64,000 nucleotides of DNA from contig CAZEKB010000024.1 of assembly GCA_964512225.1 (NCBI GenBank), positions 678 through 64,677 of the forward strand, given 5' to 3'. Every line of letters begins with the position of its first letter. The stretch's first letter is position 1. A program made the position numbers and the translations under genes. The notes under the pieces were generated by a model, which was not told the DNA's origin, did no database searches, and saw nothing but the letters and a program-made list of their open reading frames with translations. This DNA is from an uncultured Rickettsiales bacterium (GTDB lineage: Bacteria; Myxococcota_A; UBA796; UBA9615). Positions 56,737 to 64,000 of this stretch are shown piece after piece.

Positions 56737-57877
56737 GGGCGCCCGCGCTCAGACCCGCCCAGCCCGCCGCCGCGGTGTGGGCGTGGGCCGGGGGCGCGCA
56801 GTCGAAGGGCTTCGCGTCCTCCGGGGAGACGGGCTCCCGGGGCTCGATGAAGACGAAGGCGTCGGCGTAGGGGCCGCGCCGCAGCAGATCGAAGGTCTTC
56901 TTGCACACCGCCATCCGCTCGCCGCGCGGGTAGGTGTGGCCGTCGTCGTCCAGGACCGACTTGAACGGGCCCTTGTAGACGACCGACTGGTTGTGGTCCC
57001 AGCACGCGCCCTGCTTGCCCTTGTAGGCGACGACCGTCATGGAGCGGAACTCGATGCCGTCGACGGTCCGCCACGGCTGCTCCTGGCGCTCGGCGACGGC
57101 GATGCCGTGGAAGCCGGCCTCCTCGAAGACCCGCAGGAACTCGCTCTCCTCCCACGCTCCGGAGATGCAGCCGGACCACAGCTCGGGGTCCGCCTTCATG
57201 TGGGTGGGCACCACCTCGTCGCTGACGATGTCGGAGATGGCGGCCTTTCCGCCCTTCTTCAGCACGCGGAAGATCTCGCGGATCATCCCCGCGCGGTTCT
57301 CTTCGCCCACGAGGTTGAGCACGCAGTTCGACACCACCACGTCCACGGATCCGTCCGCGATCATGGGTGCGGCCTCGAAGCGCTTCTTCCACCTCTCGAA
57401 CGCCTGGGCGTCGGCGACGCTCGTGATCGGGTTGTCGCGGAGGTGGGCCTCGACCTGGTCGAGGTCGGTGCGGAGGTCCTGGATGTAGCCCTTGTGGAAC
57501 GTCGTATTGGCCCACCCGACCCTGTCGGCGACGGCCGCCTGGTGCCGACGCGCGAGGGCGAGCATGTCGTCCGTCATGTCGACGCCGTGGACGTGGCCCT
57601 CGGGTCCGACGATCTGGCTGGCGATGTAGCAGATCTTGCCCCCGCCGCTGCCGAGGTCGACGACCACGTCGCCCTCCTTGCAGTACTTGCTCGGGTCGCC
57701 GCAGCCGTAGTCGCGCTCGAGGATCTCCTCCGGCAGCACCTTCAGCCACCGGGGGTCGTAGTCGATCGGGCAGCACAGGGCCGCCTCGGCCTCCCTGCTC
57801 GCCGCGGAGTAGCGGTCGCGGACGGCCTCCGCGACGGTGGCGGGGGTGGCGAGCTCGGTGTCGTGGTGGACGGTCAT
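56654..57877 (-). CDS. arsM: Arsenite S-adenosylmethionine methyltransferase
   Basis: N-terminal Cys pair ALCCPIDYD, SAM motif VVDLGSGGG, conserved Cys in ...NCVLNLV... and ...WSGCISGA..., and a Cys-rich C-terminus (CGPEGCC). These are typical of ArsM/AS3MT. Confidence 0.8.
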   Translation of the reverse strand: MTVHHDTELATPATVAEAVRDRYSAASREAEAALCCPIDYDPRWLKVLPEEILERDYGCGDPSKYCKEGDVVVDLGSGGGKICYIASQIVGPEGHVHGVDMTDDMLALARRHQAAVADRVGWANTTFHKGYIQDLRTDLDQVEAHLRDNPITSVADAQAFERWKKRFEAAPMIADGSVDVVVSNCVLNLVGEENRAGMIREIFRVLKKGGKAAISDIVSDEVVPTHMKADPELWSGCISGAWEESEFLRVFEEAGFHGIAVAERQEQPWRTVDGIEFRSMTVVAYKGKQGACWDHNQSVVYKGPFKSVLDDDGHTYPRGERMAVCKKTFDLLRRGPYADAFVFIEPREPVSPEDAKPFDCAPPAHAHTAAAGWAGLSAGAPRRNARESKGLEYRATFDGECGPEGCC

Positions 57878-58638
57878 TCGACGGCTCCTGGGACGTGGGC
57901 GGACGCGAGGGTATCAGTCCGCGTACATGGTCTTCGATGCGCGGGGGCGGCGTCGGTTGCAATCCGCCGCGCGTGCTCCAGGTCGCCGGGGGTGTCGATG
58001 TCGGGGCCGGCGTTCGCGACCTCGACGACCGCGAAGCGCATGCCCAGCCCCAGCGGCCGGAGCTGCTCGAGGCGCTCGCGGACCTCGTCGTCGGCGGGGG
58101 GCGCGGCGGTCCAGCGCTGCAGCGCCCGGTTGCGGAACCCGTAGACGCCGAGGTGGCGGCGGGCCCCCGGCAGGGGGCGCCGGGAGAACCGACGGCCGTC
58201 CGTCTTGACGACGTTCGGGTCGCCCTGCTCGTCGGCTCCGAGGGGCACCGACGCCGTGGCGACGTCCACGCGCGGGTCGTCCAGGGCTCGGGCGACGGCG
58301 ACGACGACCGCCGGGTCGAGGAGCGGCGCGTCCCCCTGGATGTTCACGATCCGCGCGTCGGCGGCCCGCCCCCGGGTCACCTCGGCCACCCGATCGGTGC
58401 CCGAGGTGTGCTCCCCGGTGAGGACCACGTCGAAGCCGCGCGCGCGGGCGACGGCCTCGACCCGGGCGTCGTCCACGGCGACCACCACGGAGGTCGCCCC
58501 CGCCGCGAGCGCCACGTCGTGCACCCACGCCAGCACCGGCCGCCCCCCCAGGTCGGCGAGCACCTTCCCCGGGAATCGGGTGGCGCCCCACCTCGCGGGG
58601 ATGACGACGTGGAACTCGGGGTGGTTTGATCCGCGCAT
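57874..58638 (-). CDS. kdsB: 3-deoxy-manno-octulosonate cytidylyltransferase (CMP-KDO synthetase)
   Basis: FHVVIPARWGATRFPGKVLADLGGRPVL aligns with E. coli KdsB VVIIPARYASTRLPGKPL. ...IVNIQGDAPL... The track ORF has 94 upstream junk codons. Confidence 0.8.
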   Translation of the reverse strand: MRGSNHPEFHVVIPARWGATRFPGKVLADLGGRPVLAWVHDVALAAGATSVVVAVDDARVEAVARARGFDVVLTGEHTSGTDRVAEVTRGRAADARIVNIQGDAPLLDPAVVVAVARALDDPRVDVATASVPLGADEQGDPNVVKTDGRRFSRRPLPGARRHLGVYGFRNRALQRWTAAPPADDEVRERLEQLRPLGLGMRFAVVEVANAGPDIDTPGDLEHARRIATDAAPAHRRPCTRTDTLASAHVPGAVE

Positions 58639-59380
58639 GCCGCGGCGAACCCTAACCGAACCGGTGCGACTCGCCGGCGTCGGCGTCCACTCCGGGCGGC
58701 CGTGCGCGGCGACCGTGCGGCCCGGCGCCGGAGGTCTGCGGTTCCGCGCCGCGGGCGTGGAGGTCCCCGCGACCGTCGAGCACGTCGTGGACACGTCCAT
58801 GAGCACGACGCTGGGTCGCGACGGGGCGCGGGTGGGCATGGTCGAGCACGTGCTCTCGGCGCTGTGGGGGCTGGGGATCCACGACGCGGAGATCGCGGTG
58901 GACGGCCCCGAGGTGCCCATCCTCGACGGGTCCGCGCGGCCGTGGGTCGACGCGCTCCTGCCCGTCGCGGCGACGATCGCGGAGGCGGTGGCGCCTCGGC
59001 GCGTGGTCGTCGAGCTGTCCGCCCGCGGCGGACTGGACGCCCTGGGCCCCCGCCGCGTCGCCTTCGACTTCGGGACGGGGGACTACGCCCGGGACGTGGC
59101 CTGGGCCCGCACGTTCGTGCACGCCGCGGACGTCGACCGGCTGCTCGCGGCGGGCATGGGGGCGGGGGCGACCGCGGAGAACACCCTCGTGGTCCCCGCC
59201 GTCGGGGAGCCGCCCCCGCCGGTGCGCGGGCCGTCCGAGCCCGCTCGCCACAAGCTCCTGGACGCCATCGGCGATCTCGCCCTGCTGGGGCGGCCGCACG
59301 CGGGCACGATCGTGTTCGTCGATTCGGGCCACGCGGGCCACGTCGAGGCCGTCCGGCGCATCGCCGCGGGGCGGGACTAG
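58637..59380 (+). CDS. lpxC: UDP-3-O-acyl-N-acetylglucosamine deacetylase (short form, 247 aa)
   Basis: [22 protein letters not shown] aligns with E. coli [33 protein letters not shown] and ...DSGHAGH... are zinc-binding motifs. Confidence 0.75.
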   Translation: [247 protein letters not shown]

Positions 59381-61050
59381 GGGCAGCCCCCGAGGCCGTT
59401 GCAGGCCTGGATCGTCCCGCTCGGCCACTGGATCTTCGCGACCCAGTACTGGTCGCCGTCGCCCGACATCGTGAAGTTGTAAGTCTGGGTGAGGACGCCG
59501 TTGAGGTAGATGTTCAGGGTCCCGTCGGTGTCGTTCCAGTTGTCGGTCGTGCTGCCGGTGTAGTCGTGCACCATCACGCGGTACCAGCCGTCGTAGGGCG
59601 CGAGGGCGGGGTCGGTGATGTTGATGTTCTCGGGGCCCGTGCCGGGGATGTCGTCGAGGTCGAGGTAGGGGTTGTCCAGGATGTCGCCCGGCACGCCCCA
59701 GTCCAGCGACAGGCTCGCGCAGTTCGCGAAGTAGCAGTCGCCCGCGGTGTTCGGGCTGCCCTGGTTGCCGCTGCCGTCGTTGGCCTCGAGGAGGTGCAGG
59801 TCGAAGTCGTCCTGCTGGGACCAGAACAGCTCCACCCGGAAGTTCTCGGGGGGCAGAACCTGGATCGTCTGGGTGCAGGTGTCGGACAGGCCCGCCGAGT
59901 CGGTGACGGTCAGGGTGCCGACGTACGCCCCCACGAGATCGACGTACGGCGACGTGGTGGGCGTCGCCGTGTTCGCGTTCGCGAGCGTGGTCGTGGAGCC
60001 CGCGGGTCGCGTCGTGAGCACCCAGGAGTGCTGCAGCGACAGCGTCTGCGCGATGCCCCCGGTGTGGAGCGAGAACGAGTCCAGCTGCGCGACCTCGAGG
60101 GGGTTGGCGAAGATCGTCGAGCCGCACATGGCGATGGGGAAGCCGCCGCCGGGGGCCGCGTCGTCGTCGTCGGCCGCGTCGTCGTCGTCGCCGGGATCGG
60201 GGATGTCCTCGGGGTCGGCGACGCCGTACATCGGGACCCGCAGCGACGGCTCGTCCGCGTCGTTGCTGGCGATCACGAGGTTGGCGGTGTGGATGCCCTG
60301 GGTCTGCGGCGTGTAGGTGAGCGTGACGAAGTCGTACTGACCCTGGCCCAGCGACGACCCGGCGGCCCCCCCGGTGTCGACCGTGAAGTGCGTCGCGGGC
60401 TCCACGTGGATCGTCCCGACCTCGAGCGTCCCGGGGCCGGCGTTGCCGATGAGCACCTGCTCGGGCGGGGCGGGGACGGTGAGCAGCGTCGTGCCGAAGT
60501 CGACCAGCTCGGGCTGGGTGTAGATGTCCGGGACGGGCTCGCCCTGCCCCGAGCCCAGCACCGGGAAGTACAGCGCGCTGCCCGCGTCGGCCTCGCAGTC
60601 CCAGTTGAGCTGGTGCTTCACGACGAGGTGCAGGCCGTCCTCCAGCGCGCCGCCGAGCAGCGGCGTGTACCCCAGGCGCAGGGACCGCGCGTTCTCGGGC
60701 GGGAGGATCCCCGGGGGGAAGGGCGGCGACAGCGACAGCTCGAGGTGCTGGACGACCGTCACCTCGTTGACGGCGTCTCCGTCCGCGTCGAACGATACGA
60801 CCGCGAGGCCGACCTCGCAGATCTCGAGGGAGCCCTGGCCCACGTTCGCGATCGTCACGTCGATCGAGCGGAACTCCCCGGTGGTGACGTCTCCCAGCGC
60901 GAGGACGGCCCGCGCGTAGTCGGGATCCCACCCGTCGGCCGACGGCCAGGTGATGCGGAACTCGGGCTCGAGTGCTTGCAGGACCTCTTCGCTGCACCCC
61001 AGGGGCGCGAGGAGGGCGGCGGCCAGGGCGACTCCGGTGCGAACGCGCAT
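59377..61050 (-). CDS. Hypothetical secreted lipoprotein with central poly-Asp linker
   Basis: MRVRTGVALAAALLAPLGCSEE lipobox, and DPGDDDDAADDDDAAPGG linker between two beta-rich domains. No family recognised. Confidence 0.6.
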   Translation of the reverse strand: MRVRTGVALAAALLAPLGCSEEVLQALEPEFRITWPSADGWDPDYARAVLALGDVTTGEFRSIDVTIANVGQGSLEICEVGLAVVSFDADGDAVNEVTVVQHLELSLSPPFPPGILPPENARSLRLGYTPLLGGALEDGLHLVVKHQLNWDCEADAGSALYFPVLGSGQGEPVPDIYTQPELVDFGTTLLTVPAPPEQVLIGNAGPGTLEVGTIHVEPATHFTVDTGGAAGSSLGQGQYDFVTLTYTPQTQGIHTANLVIASNDADEPSLRVPMYGVADPEDIPDPGDDDDAADDDDAAPGGGFPIAMCGSTIFANPLEVAQLDSFSLHTGGIAQTLSLQHSWVLTTRPAGSTTTLANANTATPTTSPYVDLVGAYVGTLTVTDSAGLSDTCTQTIQVLPPENFRVELFWSQQDDFDLHLLEANDGSGNQGSPNTAGDCYFANCASLSLDWGVPGDILDNPYLDLDDIPGTGPENINITDPALAPYDGWYRVMVHDYTGSTTDNWNDTDGTLNIYLNGVLTQTYNFTMSGDGDQYWVAKIQWPSGTIQACNGLGGCP

Positions 61051-61096
61051 GGGCGCACGATACGCCCGGAAGCGGGGACCGTTGCGGGGAAGTCGC

Positions 61097-62008
61097 TCAG
61101 CCCAGGTGCTTGGCCACCTCGTCGCGGATGGCGGCGGCCAGATCGTCGGCGGGGGGCGACTCGGTGGCCCGGGAGAGCGCTCCCGGGGACCCGTACACGA
61201 CGCCGCAGGCGCCCTCGGACCGACCGCCGGACCAGGCGTCGGCGGCGGGAGGGGGGCCCGCCGGGGTCCAGGTGGGGGACGACTCGGGGGTGGGGCCCGT
61301 GATCACGATCTCCGGGGTCGGCGCGGTCCGTTCGACGTCGGTCGCGCCCGCGAGGGCGGCCGCGGCGCCCAGGGTGGGGGCGGCCTTGCGGCGCTTCGCC
61401 AGCAGCGTCTCGAGGACGTCCGCGGGCAGCGGCTTCACGCCGCCGTGGGGGACGGCGAGCGTCCGGATCTTCGCGAGGTGCTCGACCAGCTCCATGCGCA
61501 GCATCGCCTGCTCGAGATCGCGCCCGACGGTGATGACGCCGTGGCGGCACAGCAGGATCGCGTCGTAGCGGTCGACCAGCTCCTCCACGACGGCCGATCC
61601 CTCCGCGCCGAAGGGGAGGGCGAACCGGCTGAGCGGGACCCGCGCGCCCAGGGACACGATCGCTTCGGGGAGGAAGACGTCGATGGCGTGTCCGGCGCAG
61701 GCCAGCGCCGTCGCGTACGGCGGGTGGGCGTGCACGACGGCGTTCACGTCGCTGCGCACCCGGAAGGCGCCCAGGTGGAGCGCGAACTCGGACGGGGGCC
61801 GAGCGTCGCCTTCGACGGGCTTGCCGGACGCGTCGGTGACGGCGAGGTTCCCCTCCGTCGCGTCGGCCTTCGACGTGGCGGTCGGGGTCACGAGGAAGCG
61901 GTCGTTCCAGCGCGCGGAGACGTTTCCGTCGTGGTTCGCGACCCAGCCCCGGTCGTGCAGGGCGCGGGACGTGGCGACGATCCGGGCGGCGAGGTGGGCG
62001 CGGCTCAT
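61097..62008 (-). CDS. Class II aldolase/adducin-family protein (fuculose-phosphate aldolase / ribulose-5-P 4-epimerase-like) with a ~90-aa Pro/Ala-rich C-terminal extension
   Basis: GNVSAR...LVTPT substrate/phosphate-binding motif, and Zn-ligand histidines in HAHPPYATAL. Confidence 0.7.
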   Translation of the reverse strand: MSRAHLAARIVATSRALHDRGWVANHDGNVSARWNDRFLVTPTATSKADATEGNLAVTDASGKPVEGDARPPSEFALHLGAFRVRSDVNAVVHAHPPYATALACAGHAIDVFLPEAIVSLGARVPLSRFALPFGAEGSAVVEELVDRYDAILLCRHGVITVGRDLEQAMLRMELVEHLAKIRTLAVPHGGVKPLPADVLETLLAKRRKAAPTLGAAAALAGATDVERTAPTPEIVITGPTPESSPTWTPAGPPPAADAWSGGRSEGACGVVYGSPGALSRATESPPADDLAAAIRDEVAKHLG

Positions 62009-63987
62009 GGGGTCGGAACCCTATCACCGGGGTAGGCGGTCCCGCCCCCGAGCTCGTCCAGTCCCCGTCGAGCCGCCTCGCGGAGCCACGCGTCCGGCGA
62101 ATCGTCGAGCACCCGCTGGTACATCGTCTTCGCGTCGTCCATCGCCCCGCGGTCGCGGGCGGCGTCGGCCAGCCCGAGGGTGGCCTGGAGCCGCTCCGAC
62201 GGGTCGAGGGTCGGGTCCGCGGCGACCTCCGTCCACAGCGGCATCGCCTTCTGGACCTCGCCCGCCTTCTGGAAGGAGGCCGCCCGCTCCACCTTGGCGA
62301 GGGCCGCGAGCGACCGATCGGGGCCCATCATCGCGGCGTCCAGATCCTCCTCGCTGCCGAGGCGTCCCAGCTCGAGCTCGGCGGCCTGGCGACCCACCTC
62401 GGGCACGTCGCCGTCGCGCACCGAGCGCAGGATCGCGAGGGCGTCTTCGACCCGCCCCCCTTCCACGAGCAGGTCCGCCGCGGCGGGGAGCTCGGCCACG
62501 AGGAAGCGGGGGCTCCGGCAGGTCGCGAACACCGCGGTGAAGAGCTCCGCCGCGGAGATCGCCTGCCCGGAATCGAGCCTGCCCCGGGCCAGCGACATCT
62601 GAGCGAGGCACGTGTCCGCGGCCTCCCCCGACGTCATCGCGGACAGGGGGGTGCGGTCGAGCAGGGCGTCGGCCTGGTCCTTGCGGCCCAGCGCCATGAG
62701 GGCGGCGACCTGGCCCTCCACGGCGGCGTGCTTGAGCGACGGATCGTCGGCGGCGGCCACGGAGTCGCCCACGCGCTGGAAGGTCTGCAGGGCGTCGTCG
62801 TGGCGCTCGGCGCCGGCGAGCGCCTGGGCGAGGTAGAGCAGCAGGTGCGTGTACGCCGACGGCTGCTCGTCCTCGAGGCCGGCGTCGCGGGCCTCGGACA
62901 GCATCGCCTGGAGCTCCGCGGGCGAGCCCGCCCCCATCTCCATGAGCAGCTCGCTGCGCTCGATCGCGATCGCCCCGCGCATCGTGTGCTGCTTGGGCAG
63001 CGCGTCGAGGGCGGCGTCCATCAGCGGCAGCGCGCCCTCCAGGTCGCCCCGGCGACGCATGAGGGTCGCCTGGCCGAAGAAGGCGGCGGCCGTCATGCCC
63101 GAGTCGACGTGCGCTCGCGCGACCGCGCGGTACAAGTCCACCGCCTCCGCGAAGAGCCCGCGCTTGTCGGCGATCCCGGCCTGGGCCAGCGTGGCGCGGG
63201 CGCGGAACACGGCGTTGTCGGGGTACTCGTCGTGGATGCGCTGCAGCGCGGCGCCCGCCCCCTCCCAGTCGCCCTGCTGCTGCAGTCGGCCGGCGATGTC
63301 CTCCCGGAGCTGGACGCGGTGTTCGTCGAGCTCGCAGCGCTCCTCGCCGCGCCGGAGCAGCTCCAGGGCGGCGGCCATGTCGCCCGCGGCCCAGTAGAGC
63401 GAGGCGAGCTCGCGGGTCGCGGGGAGGATCTTGTCCGGGCGGTCGGAGAACTTCTCGTGGATGAGGAGGTAGCGGCCGAAGGCTCGCTCGCGTTCGCCGT
63501 TGCGCATGAAGAGGCGCGCGAGGCCGAGGTCGCCCTGGAGCGCGATCCGGGGGACGTCGGAGCGGGCGAGGGCTGCGAGGCCGGCCTCGAGGGTCACCGG
63601 GTCCGGCTCGGACGCGAGCAGGCGGGCCCGCTCGTCCCGGGCCCGGGCGACGACGAGCTGCAGATCGGGGAACGACTCCACCACGCCGTCGTAGGCGGCC
63701 AGCGCGGTGGCGAGGTTGCCGAGGCGCCCGAAGATGGCGGCGCGCGCCAACGCGATCTCGGCGCGGTCGACCATCGAGACGCTGTCGGGGATGTCCTCGA
63801 GCAGCTGCAGCGCGCGGCCGGGGTCCCCGAGCTTCTCGTACTGGGCGGCCGCGTGGATGCGCAGCTTCGGGGTGCCCGACGGGTAGGCGCCGAAGTAGGT
63901 CTGGACGGGCAGGAGCGCCTCCGCCGCGCGCTGGGGGTCGCCCCGCGCGGCCAGCGTCCACGACAGGACGAGGTTGCCTACGGCCAC
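62005..63987 (-). CDS. Large TPR-repeat protein. The N-terminus is at or beyond the window edge.
   Basis: More than 15 TPR-like helix pairs (…LGDPGRALQLLEDI…, …AEAVDLYRAVARAH…). The ORF reaches within 13 nt of the window end, so the true start may lie outside it. Confidence 0.65.
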   Translation of the reverse strand: MAVGNLVLSWTLAARGDPQRAAEALLPVQTYFGAYPSGTPKLRIHAAAQYEKLGDPGRALQLLEDIPDSVSMVDRAEIALARAAIFGRLGNLATALAAYDGVVESFPDLQLVVARARDERARLLASEPDPVTLEAGLAALARSDVPRIALQGDLGLARLFMRNGERERAFGRYLLIHEKFSDRPDKILPATRELASLYWAAGDMAAALELLRRGEERCELDEHRVQLREDIAGRLQQQGDWEGAGAALQRIHDEYPDNAVFRARATLAQAGIADKRGLFAEAVDLYRAVARAHVDSGMTAAAFFGQATLMRRRGDLEGALPLMDAALDALPKQHTMRGAIAIERSELLMEMGAGSPAELQAMLSEARDAGLEDEQPSAYTHLLLYLAQALAGAERHDDALQTFQRVGDSVAAADDPSLKHAAVEGQVAALMALGRKDQADALLDRTPLSAMTSGEAADTCLAQMSLARGRLDSGQAISAAELFTAVFATCRSPRFLVAELPAAADLLVEGGRVEDALAILRSVRDGDVPEVGRQAAELELGRLGSEEDLDAAMMGPDRSLAALAKVERAASFQKAGEVQKAMPLWTEVAADPTLDPSERLQATLGLADAARDRGAMDDAKTMYQRVLDDSPDAWLREAARRGLDELGGGTAYPGDRVPTP

Positions 63988-64000
63988 CTCCCGGGGGGAG

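Noticed and set aside
1-64000. CRISPR arrays, transposases, integrases, prophage genes, rRNA
   Set aside because: None seen. The only periodic DNA repeats are coding (the giant gene, poly-Asp linkers). No IS-like terminal inverted repeats or recombinase motifs were recognised.

Overview
High-GC (about 70%), gene-dense bacterial window; the gene families point to a myxobacterium-like deltaproteobacterium. The window opens inside a giant secreted repeat protein of more than 3,580 aa, truncated at its 5' end. That protein is built from dozens of ~41-aa Cys/Asp-rich MopE-like repeats, 9 pre-peptidase C-terminal (PPC) domains and a ~2.3-kb internal segmental duplication. The clearest functional locus is a split RNA-repair system: an rsr (Ro60)-rtcA operon, divergent rtcR, and rtcB 4.6 kb away behind its own strong sigma-54 promoter. 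A tRNA-like / Y-RNA-like element (canonical T-arm GCGGG-TTCGAAC-CCCGC) sits 16 nt upstream of rsr. An overlapping cca-tldD-tldE operon lies nearby, in which both TldD and TldE carry signal peptides. Other content includes an ECF sigma factor paired with a Ser/Thr kinase-FGE sulfatase fusion, several two-component systems, a TonB-dependent receptor and an RTX-like secreted protein. A 13-kb same-strand gene array runs LMF, ABC ATPase, pentapeptide-channel fusion, HDOD, membrane protein, a frameshifted PAS-GGDEF-EAL, two translationally coupled large secreted proteins and DUF3553. An LPS/arsenic cluster (arsM-kdsB divergent from lpxC, with start codons overlapping on one CATG) and several lipoproteins complete the window. 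I found no canonical tRNA/rRNA genes (by eye only, beyond the tRNA-like element) and no transposase, integrase or CRISPR array. Many long Arg/Gly/Pro-rich ORFs in the six-frame track are high-GC antisense artefacts. Coordinates follow the ORF-track frames. My manual indexing of the printed sequence disagreed with the track by 1 nt at a few loci, so short motifs carry about 1-2 nt of uncertainty.
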